Source: Asterionella formosa
Taxonomy: Eukaryota
DNA length: 42,218 nt
Direction of reading: 5' to 3'
Assembly (NCBI GenBank): GCA_002256025.1
Contig: NKIB01014599.1
Coordinates: forward strand, 1 to 42,218
A program made the translations under genes and the position numbers. Below are positions 22,471-33,179 of this stretch, one piece after another. The first letter of the stretch is position 1. Every line of letters starts with the position of its first letter. The notes beneath the pieces are model-generated. The model was not told where the DNA came from and did no database searches. It saw nothing but the letters and a program-made list of their open reading frames with translations.

Positions 22471-24156
22471 ATGAGTGACCTCATCGAAGTGAACAACTAC
22501 ATTGGAGGAAGGTTTGTCCCGCCCTCGACTGGAAAGTATTTGATTGTGGAGAACCCAGCTGATATGTCTGAAGTCGGAAATGTTGCCCTTTCGTCAGGTA
22601 TGACATGTTTTGTGCTTGTATTTGCATGCGTGTTGATGGAGCCAAGAGCCTTACACAGTCTCATTGTTGCCCTTGCATTTCATCCTCCTATGCAGCTGAT
22701 GATGTCGCAATTGCCGTGGAAGCAGCGAGCCAAGCATTCCCGCAATGGTCAAGCCTTACCATCAAGGCTCGAGCTTCTTTGATGCTCAAGTTTCATGCTC
22801 TGGTTCAAGCACATGCCACAGAGTTGGCGGAGCTTATCGTCCTTGAAAATGGAAAGAACGTTGTGGAAGCCCTCGCAGATGTTGCCAAAGGGAACGAGAC
22901 AGTCGAATGGGCTTGCTCGTTGCCTCAGCTGGCTCAAGGAAATATTTTAAAAGTTTCCTCGGAAGTATCATGTGAGGACCGGCGGGTCCCTCTAGGTGTC
23001 ATCGCCAGTATTGTTCCGTTCAACTTTCCCCTCATGGTTCCAATGTGGACCGTGCCCATTGCTCTGGTGCTTGGAAATACGGTTGTGCTCAAACCTAGCG
23101 AAAAAGTACCACTGACTATGCGTCGAGTCGCTGAACTGTTCAAGGAAGCCGGGTTTCCGGACGGCGTCTTCAACATGGTCCAAGGAACGAAAGAGACAGT
23201 GGAAGCCCTCATGGATCACCCAGACGTTAAAGCTGTTACCTTTGTTGGATCGAGTCCGGTGGCACAGGCTGTGGCGTCGCGTTGCCGTACTTTAAACAAG
23301 CGAGTCACAGCGCTGGGTGGGGCCAAGAACCACTTGGTCGCATTGCCAGATTGTGAAGTGGATGGAGCCTCCTCGGATATATGTGTTTCATTTGCTGGTT
23401 GCGCAGGCCAACGTTGCATGGCTGCGTCTGTTTTGCTCTTAGTGGGGCCCCAAGATGAGTTGCTACACCAACTTGTAGATAAGGCTTCAAAACTGCAGCC
23501 TGGAAAGGGACCAGGCCAAGTGGGCCCAGTGATTGATGGGACTTCCTATAACAAAGTCCTTTCGTACATAGACGACGCGGAAACGAATGGTGTCAAGATC
23601 TTGCTCGATGGACGATCATGGAAACAAGAAAAGGGCCACTGGATTGGTCCCACAATTTTGTTGCATGAGTCGTCGGCTGACAAGGCAATCAAGGAAGAAA
23701 TATTTGGACCGGTTCTTTCGGTCTTTATTTGCAAATCATGGGAGGAAGCAATTGCTATTGAGAATGCAAATCCTTTTGGCAATGCTGCAAGTGTTTATAC
23801 GACCAATGGTGGCAATTCTGAGTGGTTTACGTCAAAATTCCGAGCAAGCATGCTCGGAGTCAATGTACGTACCTGAGGTAGTGCACTTTCTCGTGCCAGC
23901 TCTTACAGATTATTCTCACTTCATGTCTTTCTCCTTCCAGATTGGCATTCCAGTCCCTCGTGAACCGTTTAGTTTCGGTGGATTGTATGGAACTCAGAGC
24001 AAGTATGGAGACATGGACATTACAGGTGATGGTGGGATGGAATTCTTTACAAACCGTATTAAGATCTCGAGCAAATGGCCAATCGTCCGACCCGCGGAGA
24101 TACATCAGAATGGAACTGGACCCACCGATCACGCTAATTTTGCAGGTACAATGTAA
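22471..24156 (+). CDS. ALDH6A1: Methylmalonate-semialdehyde dehydrogenase (acylating), ALDH6 family
   Basis: Exons 22471-22597, 22696-23864 and 23941-24156 with GT-AG introns. Motifs PFNFPLMVPMW, KPSEKVP, FVGSS, GGAKNH, GCAGQRCMA (catalytic Cys), EEIFGP and GVNIGIPVPREPFSFGG. Confidence 0.96.
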
Positions 24157-24541
24157 TTAAATCGTTTGGACGTAGTAATAACCGGCACAGCATACAGGTT
24201 TTTCGTATACTATAGAAACTTGGAAATGAATAAAACCACCCATGTTCAACGTGTATGTTCAGTCAATTAAAATTTAGCGTTTGATCTTATCATAAAACAT
24301 AAAGTTAATTTGGTAAGTGGCACTGAACCAGTTGAAGTCAATGTGGCGCCTGAAACGCTGTCATGGTGGATTCAACCTTTGTAGAGCAATGAAACACGGA
24401 AACAAGAGTGGGAGTTTAAACACTGATTACAATTCCAAAAGACTATTTCCGCGTATCGAGAGACAGCGTTGTCTATAGAGCGCTGGCAGTGGCTGGAAAG
24501 GATACATAAATATATATAACGAATTTAACGAAGGAGACAAC

Positions 24542-25077
24542 TCAGTCCAAGGCCGCCGCGCCCTCGGCGAGAACATCGCTCTCAGTTGAAATAATTGGTA
24601 GTTCCTCGGTGTCAACTTCACTTCTTTCCGCTCCCTTTCCGATTGCCTTCCTACTATTCATGTGGATCCCCATGAAATTGAAAATGACATGAGTCAACAT
24701 GAAACGCCAAAACGCTAGTATTAGATTTTCCTGGTTCGCGCTGAGAGGAACCGGCTTCTCCGGTGGCACCTCGTCTATCTCGGGCAACTCTGATAAGTCA
24801 AGTTCTCTTGACTTTTCCTTTTCTTCTGGCATCAGCACATCTTCAGGAATGGGCATCGGCACATCTTCAGGAATGGGCATTGACAAAACAGAGGGAAACA
24901 ACATTATAGTAAGCAGGAGTGGAAATTATGCACAAGAATAGCAATTCGTTGTAGTAACGAATTTCCATTGAGCTTACCTTGTTCTGCCTCAGGAACATTT
25001 TTGGGAAAGCAGCATAGAAGGAGATTGAAGCATTTCGTCTCCCTTTTTGGTGTTAGGTCCTCAATAGGGAAACTCAT
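24542..25077 (-). CDS. Small hypothetical protein, probably two exons
   Basis: ATG at 25077, exon to 24978 with a strong GTAAGC donor, then an acidic ORF ending at 24542. The acceptor position (near 24840-24900) is uncertain. Includes a 24-bp tandem duplication at 24828-24875 (MPIPEDV x2). Confidence 0.5.
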
Positions 25078-25391
25078 GTTGACTTGTCCAAGCAGAAGCG
25101 ATGCTGTGATCCTTTCTTCTTTTCCTTTTTGAGCGACCATAAACTATTACCGGTACGTAAATAACAAACCGGTACCTGGTACCCGGTGGCACACGATAGT
25201 ATCCAATTCGTACTACAATACTGGTAATTCTTGTACACCATAAAGGTACCGGTTCCCGGTACCAGGTACTCCGTCTTGTTCGTCGTGGTCTTGGCGAGGC
25301 CAACAAGATGGCATCGCCCCCAGCAATACTGTAATGAATACAGTACTCCGTACCTGGTACCAGGGTACCAGTACGTCGTACCTAGTACCAG

Positions 25392-25492
25392 CAAGAAGTT
25401 GCGGTAATTGTCCTGACGCTAAAAAAGCAATGTTTAGCTTTTTTATCCCATATTAAATAAATTGTTTTGTTAAGCAAAATGACCGCAACTTG
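25392..25492. mobile_element. MITE family A, copy 1 (101 bp), TSD CAG
   Basis: CAG|CAAGAAGTTGCGGTAATT...AGCAAAATGACCGCAACTTG|CAG. The reconstructed empty site reads GTACCAGGTACC. Confidence 0.75.
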
Positions 25493-25545
25493 CAGGTACC
25501 AGGGTATGGTGCCTCTGGTACTATTCACCAAAGTCATTACCAGAG

Positions 25546-25614
25546 GAAGGTCCGGTAATCGAGAGATTTAGCTTATTCTTGTCTTTAGTAAAATCCGTAT
25601 TTTACCGGACCTTG
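25546..25614. mobile_element. MITE family B copy (about 69 bp)
   Basis: GAAGGTCCGGTAATCGAGA...TTTTACCGGACCTT. Same TIRs as, and similar interior to, 40510-40573. The TSD is not preserved. Confidence 0.7.
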
Positions 25615-26533
25615 TACCCAGTATACCTGATACAACTGGTAACTGGTACTACCTTGTAGAGGTATGCCAACATACATAATGCATTTGTACCCAAGTGTAA
25701 ACAGAAGGAACTAAGCTAGAGGTAAACAGTGATCCCTATTAGCACTGGTAAGTATCCTCTCTCACCATGGAGCACGATGTAAAAATGTCAATTAAATTTC
25801 ATATCACATTAAAGCTATCCAATATTTGCACTCGTGCCTGCCCTGCAGTTGTCAGGATTAAAAAAGCAGGTTCTGGGTAATTATAGTGAATTGGTAATAA
25901 GTGCAGTGAATTTGTAATCAGGTAATCATTGGGTAATTATGAGCTTAATTAAATAATTAGTGTATCTATATTAACTCATAGCTAAAGGGATTCACAAGCG
26001 CCATTATGAGAAGGATTCACAAGGACCTTAATGTGAAGGTCATTAGATGTCCTACTAACATTGACGGCACAGCTATGCTAGAAGTACATATATACCAATA
26101 GTTATCATGTACCAGTAGCATGAAGTTGCAGGTACACAATGCAATATGTACCTATCATATGAGCTACATACTAGTAACACCTACAAATCATGATCAGTCC
26201 CGTGTACATGTACAGTATGTACTACATATGCTGGGTACCACCATGGAAGTAGTCATGTGCATAATTTTAAAGGGTACACCTATCACTTAGGGTTGACGTG
26301 GTATATCTACACCGTGTGTATTGTGTAAATTTCTACAGTGCGAGTAAACAAGTATATGGTCTGTATAGAAAAGCCTATAAAGTTAACGTTGTATAGGGCT
26401 TATACCATCTAATATAGTAGCTATATCTAGCGTGATGTATACAGTACCATGGGTCAGGGCCCAAATATTTTCAGCTAAACCATCAAATGAGTCGATTTCA
26501 GCGCCACTGCAGCTACACATTATCAAACAAGCT

Positions 26534-26975
26534 ACAAGCAGATGAACAAATCACAAGAGTTGACAAGAAAATCATGGAGATAGACTGAAATGACCGAAAT
26601 CCACCCAAAAGCATCCTTAAATTGAGTAAAGCTTTTGACAATCTCCACGCATCCAAATCAGATCCATACAGACAGACCCTTTCTGTCCCACTGTATCTAC
26701 ACAGTACATACTAATGAGCAACAAACAGAGGAAAGAACCTCAAGAATTGACAAGAAACTCATGGAAATAGACCAAAATGACCAAAATCCCAACAGCATCA
26801 TTAAATTGAGTAAAGCTTTTGACAATGTCCACGCATCCAAATAAGATCCAGCCAGACAGACAGTTTCTGCCCCACTGTATCTATACAGTACATACAACAA
26901 ACAGATGAAAGAATCACAATAATTGACAAGAAACTCAGCCACGGAGATAGACCAAAATCCAACCAATGCACAGCA
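26534..26975. repeat. Tandem repeat, approx. 180-187-bp unit, about 2.4 copies
   Basis: Units start near 26534, 26721 and 26897. Shared blocks include TTGACAAGAAA.TCA, TTAAATTGAGTAAAGCTTTTGACAAT.TCCACGCATCCAAAT and CCCACTGTATCTA.ACAGTACATAC. Confidence 0.9.
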
Positions 26976-27532
26976 TCATTCAAATGATGAATGGCCACGC
27001 TCAGGCAAGTTTTATTAAAGGCATATGGAAACAAACAAAGAAAAAAATTAATCAAGTTTCTAGACCCACCACCTGCAAGACAACTGTTATTCATGGACCT
27101 GGCTACAAACACTGATGGCAATTTTTTCCTATGCAAGGGAGTGACCACCCAAACCTCTCCACCACCCCACCAAGTTCTTTTCTGGGCCATGGAGCGCAAT
27201 TAATACAATCATGTAGCAAGCTAGGCTAGTAGTAATGCAATATAAAAATTATTGACATACATGATGCATTTACTTTTAGACTACATCATAGCAGCGCACC
27301 TACTACATACTTGGTGGGTAGTAGACTATTGTTACCTTGTACTCTTAGCAGTTTCTTTCTGGCTTTACAGGCTGATATGAGTTTCCCTTTGAGGCCCAAT
27401 ATGAAGGGAGTCTATCTTTTCTGGCAGGCATGAGACGATCTATTGGAGTGCGTCGAAACTGAAAATGTGCACATAAAACGTGCGGAACCGGACCTTCCAG
27501 GTGGTAGCAGGAAGCACTATCTTAGCTACCTG

Positions 27533-27637
27533 CAAGTTGCGTTAATTTTGCTCAACTAAAGATTTAGCTATCTATAAAAGTTTAGCTAAATTTATCCAAG
27601 ATTAAAATGTTAGTTTAAGCAAAATGACCGCAACTTG
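27533..27637. mobile_element. MITE family A, copy 2 (105 bp), TSD CTG
   Basis: CTG|CAAGTTGCGTTAATTTTGCT...AGCAAAATGACCGCAACTTG|CTG. The reconstructed empty site reads TACCTGGT. Confidence 0.8.
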
Positions 27638-27881
27638 CTGGTGCTTGCTTACAAGGTTCTGATACCCCAGTACTCTTCCCTTTTCCACCGACCGGTAACT
27701 GGTAATACTTCCACCAGGGATACCACATCCTTTACCAGTTACGAGTACCAGGGTACCTGGTACCAGGTTCCTATTACGCGTACCTGGTACCCTGGTACCT
27801 GGTGCCATGTACATATAGTACCAGGTATCTGGTGTGGTGTGCTCACTTTTCTTGATGCCCTTGGTGTGATGCCAGTAGGCG

Positions 27882-28775
27882 ATGACAATGACGAAGAGCA
27901 TATCAAGCGTATTTTTCTTGGTCACTCTTGTTGCCTCGTCCCATGCATTTCGTCCCACGTGCCAATCAATGCGCCCAGCTACATCATCTGCGATAAATCT
28001 CAATAACTTGTTCAACTTCAATAAGCCGGAGCCAGAGAAAAAAGAAGAAGAATTTCAAGATGCTGCATATGACAACGATGACCCAGTCGAAAAGATGTTC
28101 AGTTTTTTCTTCGGAAAAAGGGAGGAATCACCCATGGGAATGGCTCGATTTGGATCTGGTAGATTTCCAGAGCAATATCCCGCAACAATAGACGAGTGGG
28201 CGGACCCGGTCCAAGGCGACGATCCTGAAATGGCGAAACTTCGCCCTTTGCTCAAAAATACAAACTTGGAAACCCGTCGACTGAAATTAACTTACTCGGC
28301 GAATAAAAATGGATGGAATGCTGAAAAGTTCCATCAAGCCGTTGACAAACTAGGTGGAGCCTTGGTTGTTTGCACGACTACATCAGGACTTGTTTGTGGC
28401 GGATACAATCCAAAGGGATGGGTAGGCTATGGCGAAGCTCGCGGCTCGATTGCTGCTTTTCTTTACGTATTTAACAGTGATGGAAGTGTAACGAAGCTAA
28501 GGAAGGTTGGTGGACCAGGTCTTGCTCAAATGGACATGCCCGAAGCGGGTCCTTCATTTGGAGCCGATTCTTTGGTGATTCCACTAGGCAGGGACAAACC
28601 CAAACAGGCAAGAAGTAAACTTGGTTCCTACTTCGAACGCTTTCCCGACGGCACCAATAGTCTATTTGGAAAAACTGCATCAGCTGAACTGAAGGAACTC
28701 AAAGTCTACCATGGTGTCTATGCACAAGGTGAATACATTCCATTCACCGACGCCGAGCCTTTTGCCCTGTACTAA
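27882..28775 (+). CDS. TLDc-domain protein, probably plastid-targeted
   Basis: Signal peptide ending ASSHA-FRP followed by a Ser/Thr/Arg transit-like stretch. TLDc motifs L.YSANKNGWNAEKFHQAVD, GGYNPKGW, AFLY and GPSFGADSL. Confidence 0.9.
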   Translation: MTMTKSISSVFFLVTLVASSHAFRPTCQSMRPATSSAINLNNLFNFNKPEPEKKEEEFQDAAYDNDDPVEKMFSFFFGKREESPMGMARFGSGRFPEQYPATIDEWADPVQGDDPEMAKLRPLLKNTNLETRRLKLTYSANKNGWNAEKFHQAVDKLGGALVVCTTTSGLVCGGYNPKGWVGYGEARGSIAAFLYVFNSDGSVTKLRKVGGPGLAQMDMPEAGPSFGADSLVIPLGRDKPKQARSKLGSYFERFPDGTNSLFGKTASAELKELKVYHGVYAQGEYIPFTDAEPFALY

Positions 28776-28929
28776 GTCTGGTATTAGCTATAATCAATTT
28801 CGTACAGGAAAAAGTCATATCGTTCTAAAGTGATAAAATTGTGTGGCTATCATTGCCTTTGCCTTTGAAGATGAAACCAACGCTAGATCTAATGCACCTA
28901 ATACTTGCCCACCTGAGAATCCATCAAAG

Positions 28930-29416
28930 TTACAGCTCCAATGTTTCCTCAACATGTGGGCTCTCGTCATGGAGAGTTGGAACGACATTTTCTGATTCAG
29001 TTGCCTTTGCCGCGGCTTCGTTTTGGTCCGTCGCTTCCGACATGAATTGAGGTAGGCCATCAGATCCAACTTTGAAAGCGTGTTGTGCGGCAGCCTTCTG
29101 CAAGACTTCTCTAGGAGGGATCGATTGCACGTAAAGTCCAAAGACAATCATGAGTAGAACTGCAGCTCCCAGAGCGTAAGGGATGGCCTTTGTGAATGCC
29201 TGTACCAAAATAGCGTCAAGTTGTGGCAAGCCATTTTTTTGAAGGTCAAAATGGTAAGGATGAGCCCCCAAACCCGGATGTAGTCATTACAAACCATGTC
29301 GAACTCACCTCTCGGGCCTCTTGTGCATTCTTCAAGCGCTCCTTTTTCTCTTCCTTTGTTTCCCTTCGGTGTTTTCCGTCTTTCTTTGCCTTTTCGTTCT
29401 GCTTGTTGCGGCCCAT
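28930..29416 (-). CDS. SMCO4-like single-pass membrane and coiled-coil protein
   Basis: Exon 29416-29309 (MGRNKQ...RRETKEEKKERLKNAQEARE, GTGAGT donor) joins exon 29199-28930 (CAG acceptor; AFTKAIPYALGAAVLLMIVFGLYV) in frame. The ET..KKER...QEAR + TM pattern resembles SMCO4/DUF4519. Confidence 0.75.
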
Positions 29417-31166
29417 TGTAATTAGAATTCAGCTCGACGATTGAATTATTGTGTATACGAAGATAGTATTGTTGGCTCTTGTTCCTATGCTTGGCGGGTT
29501 ACCTGTAGTCGGTTGAAACCGGGATACTTGAGGAGGGAGAGTACATGTACCGTTAATGTATCTCGGTAAATATGCATTTTTTTTAAACTTGTCATACCAG
29601 TTGACACATGAAAACTATTACAGGTAGTATGCAACGTATTGATACCGCTTGGTATGTATGTATCAAGAGCACAGGGAGATACGGAGTAACACTACGGAAT
29701 TGGTAGTGCACTGTACAATGACCGCAGTAGACCCTCGAGCAGCATTAATGTGATGATGAATCGACCTCAATGAAAACGCAGACATTCACTGCCTTGTTGT
29801 GAAAATGGTCATAAACTGAATCATTCCATGGCAGTAATGCAAGCTAAAATGCAATCCAAGAAACTTGTCAATTGGACTTCGAAATATGGGGAGCAACCAG
29901 TGAAGGCTTGACCAGCAAAACAACACATACACCAAACCCTTTTTTGAAGGACGTGCAGAGAGTGGTTCCTACTGAAGTATGGCTATATTTGCTGGTATCC
30001 TTGAGAACGCAAGAAAGACTTATAGGACGGCTGCAAAAGCTTCATCCAAAGCATGATACCTCCTACTGAAATCTTTATGTAGCAAACATAAGAAATTAGA
30101 ACATCAACAAACAAATTAAAAACTTATCCCTACTAGGTATATCCAACAGATCAGACCTACTGGGAGTGTGCAGTATAAGCTCAGAGATTTCGGATGGTGA
30201 ATAACTGACACCGCATGATATCAACACATCGCCAACCTACCAGATTCTTCCAAGCAAAAGTCTGGTAGTAGGAAGGGTTGGTCTTGCACACTGCCTACAA
30301 GCTCAAGATTCAGGAGGACATTAAGACAAAAATACATGAACACTAGTACGACAATGAACTATGTGCATGTGATTGCGTCAAGACGAATAGGAAGTTATAG
30401 CTACAATTTTTCTCTGGTACTAAAAGGGCATTTTCTCAAGGAAGGAAGAGCAACAAGCTTTCTCTATTACAAAAGGGCATTTTCTCAAGTTAGGGTGACT
30501 GCCAGCAGTGTGAAAAATATAGTCACAAAGAAATCAATTCTTGAAGGGAGTGAAAAGAAGGCCAAAAGGAAGAACTCACAAAAGAACAGAAAGATAAGAG
30601 GAAGACCCATCTCTGAATAGGAAAGACTTTAAGGGGCAAACAACAGATGAGTTCTAGTGTGGATGATTGTACCGGCTGTTGAATTTTTATGACAATAAAA
30701 CAGCACCACGAGAAGAATAAAATATTTATGCAAGCTAGCTATTGATGAGCAACTACTCATGGAGTAAGCATGTACTAGAGTAATTTATGATAAGAGCTTT
30801 CATGAAGAAATAATTGTCCTTCCATGGAGCTGATGGCAATTATGCCAATATGAATTGCCTTCAGGGATGTTGGGCCATTAATTATTAGGCAGGAGGTTGA
30901 CTTCTGGAAAAGGGGCTTGGAACAGTGGTGACATTCCACATAATACCAGTGAAGCTGACCCAAACCTTGATTGCATTTTCCTCTTTGCGACTCTTGGGGT
31001 GCTTTCCAATATTAATTTTTCATTTGGTGAGCTTGTAGTGACAGTTGGGAATGATGCTGTTATTGCATATGTAGAAATTAACCCAGCAACTGAAGAAATG
31101 GTTGAAATGCGTAACACCAGCATGGAATCATTTGAAACCAGCAATTATGACTTTTCTATGAACTTC

Positions 31167-32279
31167 TCACCAGTTCCACCAAATTTTCCCAGTAAAGTTG
31201 ATCAATGCAGCGGTTTCCGGGGTCAGCACACGGGAAGTTTTGAAGAACAGAACTTCTCCAAGAGAAGGAATTTTGCCATATGTTGTTTTCAGACGTGATG
31301 ATACCCAAAGGTCACGTTCGGTACAGTTAGATCGATTTTCCTTGGTGAATATTTTGGGCCTCGTCAGGCTCATTATATCATATCCATTATCCAAGATTTT
31401 GCGACTCATTCCCTTTTCATATTCTCTAATAATACGATGCAAGATATTCAATTTAGTCATGTTTGGAAACGCAGCCATAAGTGGTCGACAATCGAAGACA
31501 CAGGTTGATTCCTTGATGAGCTTAATAGCAACTTTGTCCAGGCAATATACCATGGATTGAATATGAACAGGTCCACAATTATGAGACAATCCAACCATTT
31601 TGACATTTCCCACCATCTTGTCAATGAATGCACTTGTCCATGGCAATGATTGATTCTCGTTCTTGAGCATGACGGGACCTGTTGTTCCACAATTGACGTA
31701 TATGAAGTAATCATAAGCAAGAATATCCGTGACATTATCATGCACGACGATTCGGACTGATTCCATGTCATAGCATACGTCGTCTCGTTCTAGCAGTGTG
31801 ATGCGATGCGAATGGTCTCGTTGACAAACCTTGTCCAATTCAGTAAGCTCGTTTCGATAAAGCGGCGCAACGTCATGACCCAGTACAATAATGGTATCTT
31901 GCACCTTGCAATCCACACCATGCTCGAGAAAAAAGTCCAAGTTTCGAATGTATAATTCATTCTTATGGACATCTCCTTCCGTACGTGTTGCTGGACCGCT
32001 GAAGACCACTAAAATTTTGGGTTGCTGAATCTGAATTGCAGCTACGCTGGTCGTCGTCGTCGTTGATTCTGCCATTGCCACTCTTTCATCACTTTTTGTC
32101 TGAAATATCGGAAAGCTCATCACAAGATCTTGCTGATGGACCACCCAGGTAGCCGACACGAGAACACATGCAAGAACAGGAAGCACTTGTTGCCATCGAT
32201 GCCATATGGGCGTGCTTCTTGTCACGCTAAGGTCGTGAAAAGGGAATGACGATATCTGCTTATTGTGATCCTCCATCAT
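31167..32279 (-). CDS. Type II membrane protein, putative glycosyltransferase (rhamnan synthesis F-like)
   Basis: 370-aa intronless ORF with an N-terminal signal anchor and a Thr-rich stem. Motifs NLDFFLEHG, YDYFIYVNCGTTGP, HIQSMVY and YEKGMSRKILDNGY recall RgpF-like proteins. The family call is from memory. Confidence 0.7.
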   Translation of the reverse strand: MMEDHNKQISSFPFHDLSVTRSTPIWHRWQQVLPVLACVLVSATWVVHQQDLVMSFPIFQTKSDERVAMAESTTTTTSVAAIQIQQPKILVVFSGPATRTEGDVHKNELYIRNLDFFLEHGVDCKVQDTIIVLGHDVAPLYRNELTELDKVCQRDHSHRITLLERDDVCYDMESVRIVVHDNVTDILAYDYFIYVNCGTTGPVMLKNENQSLPWTSAFIDKMVGNVKMVGLSHNCGPVHIQSMVYCLDKVAIKLIKESTCVFDCRPLMAAFPNMTKLNILHRIIREYEKGMSRKILDNGYDIMSLTRPKIFTKENRSNCTERDLWVSSRLKTTYGKIPSLGEVLFFKTSRVLTPETAALINFTGKIWWNW

Positions 32280-33179
32280 ATCTACTGAACTCGAATAATG
32301 GCATGCCCAATAACATACCTTGTACCAGGTACCATTTTTTTTAAATCATTTGTCCAAGGAGGATGGAGGGGTGTACAGTAGCGGTTTTCAGGGAAGTACT
32401 CCGAGTACCACCCTGGTACAAAACAAAGGTGATAGGTCTGTCTCGCGGTCTGGGAACAAAAACATGAACTCAAGAGCAAATTATTTTTCGTTTTATACCG
32501 GTAATATAAGATACCGGTAGTGAAATGATTACCGTACGGTAGTTCATAGAATCTCCTAACAGGTACCACTCTGTCGTACCAGGGTACCAGGTACCTAGTA
32601 CCAGGAACAAGGTACCAGGTGCCAGGTCCATGGTACCTGGTACTGTACTAGTGTTTAGTTACGAGGTGACCGGCATGAAAAGATCATCCGGTCATGGTGC
32701 AGAAACCATGATGCTTTATATCCATACTGGATATCTACTCGATGCATAAATAAATGTACATATCTATGCTTATATGTAAGTATTTATGTATGTGTGTTCG
32801 TACATAAGGTTACAATTTACCGGTATCTCTCGGTATTTAAATATTCCGGTAACGGTTTATCCCACAAGTACAATACATAGCTCCACTCTCAATACCAGGT
32901 ACCAGGTACCGTAGATGTTATGACCGAGGTCTAATATTTTTATCGTACCGCATGTAAGTACGCACACAGGTCCTGGTACCTGGTACCAGGTACACTTCAG
33001 TGAGCCACAACCTCACAACAGCCATCAAGATGATGTTGAGATGACAAAAACATAGTACTACCGGTAGTTAGTAAGAAATACCACCGGTGTAAAACGTTTC
33101 GATTGTCAATGTGGACATCGTTTCGGCGGGTGGCTGCTCATTTCACGTGCTTGCCGCTTGAACGATCTCCCTAAATACC

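Noticed and set aside
27602..28021. Short ORFs rich in VPGT/YQVP/WYLV (also near 25074-25394, 32282-32569 and 38038-38471)
   Set aside because: These are translation artefacts of the GGTACC/TACCWGG arrays, which contain few stop codons.
29700..31150. Protein-coding gene between the SMCO4-like and RgpF-like genes
   Set aside because: Only short fragmentary ORFs with no coherent splice model or motif.
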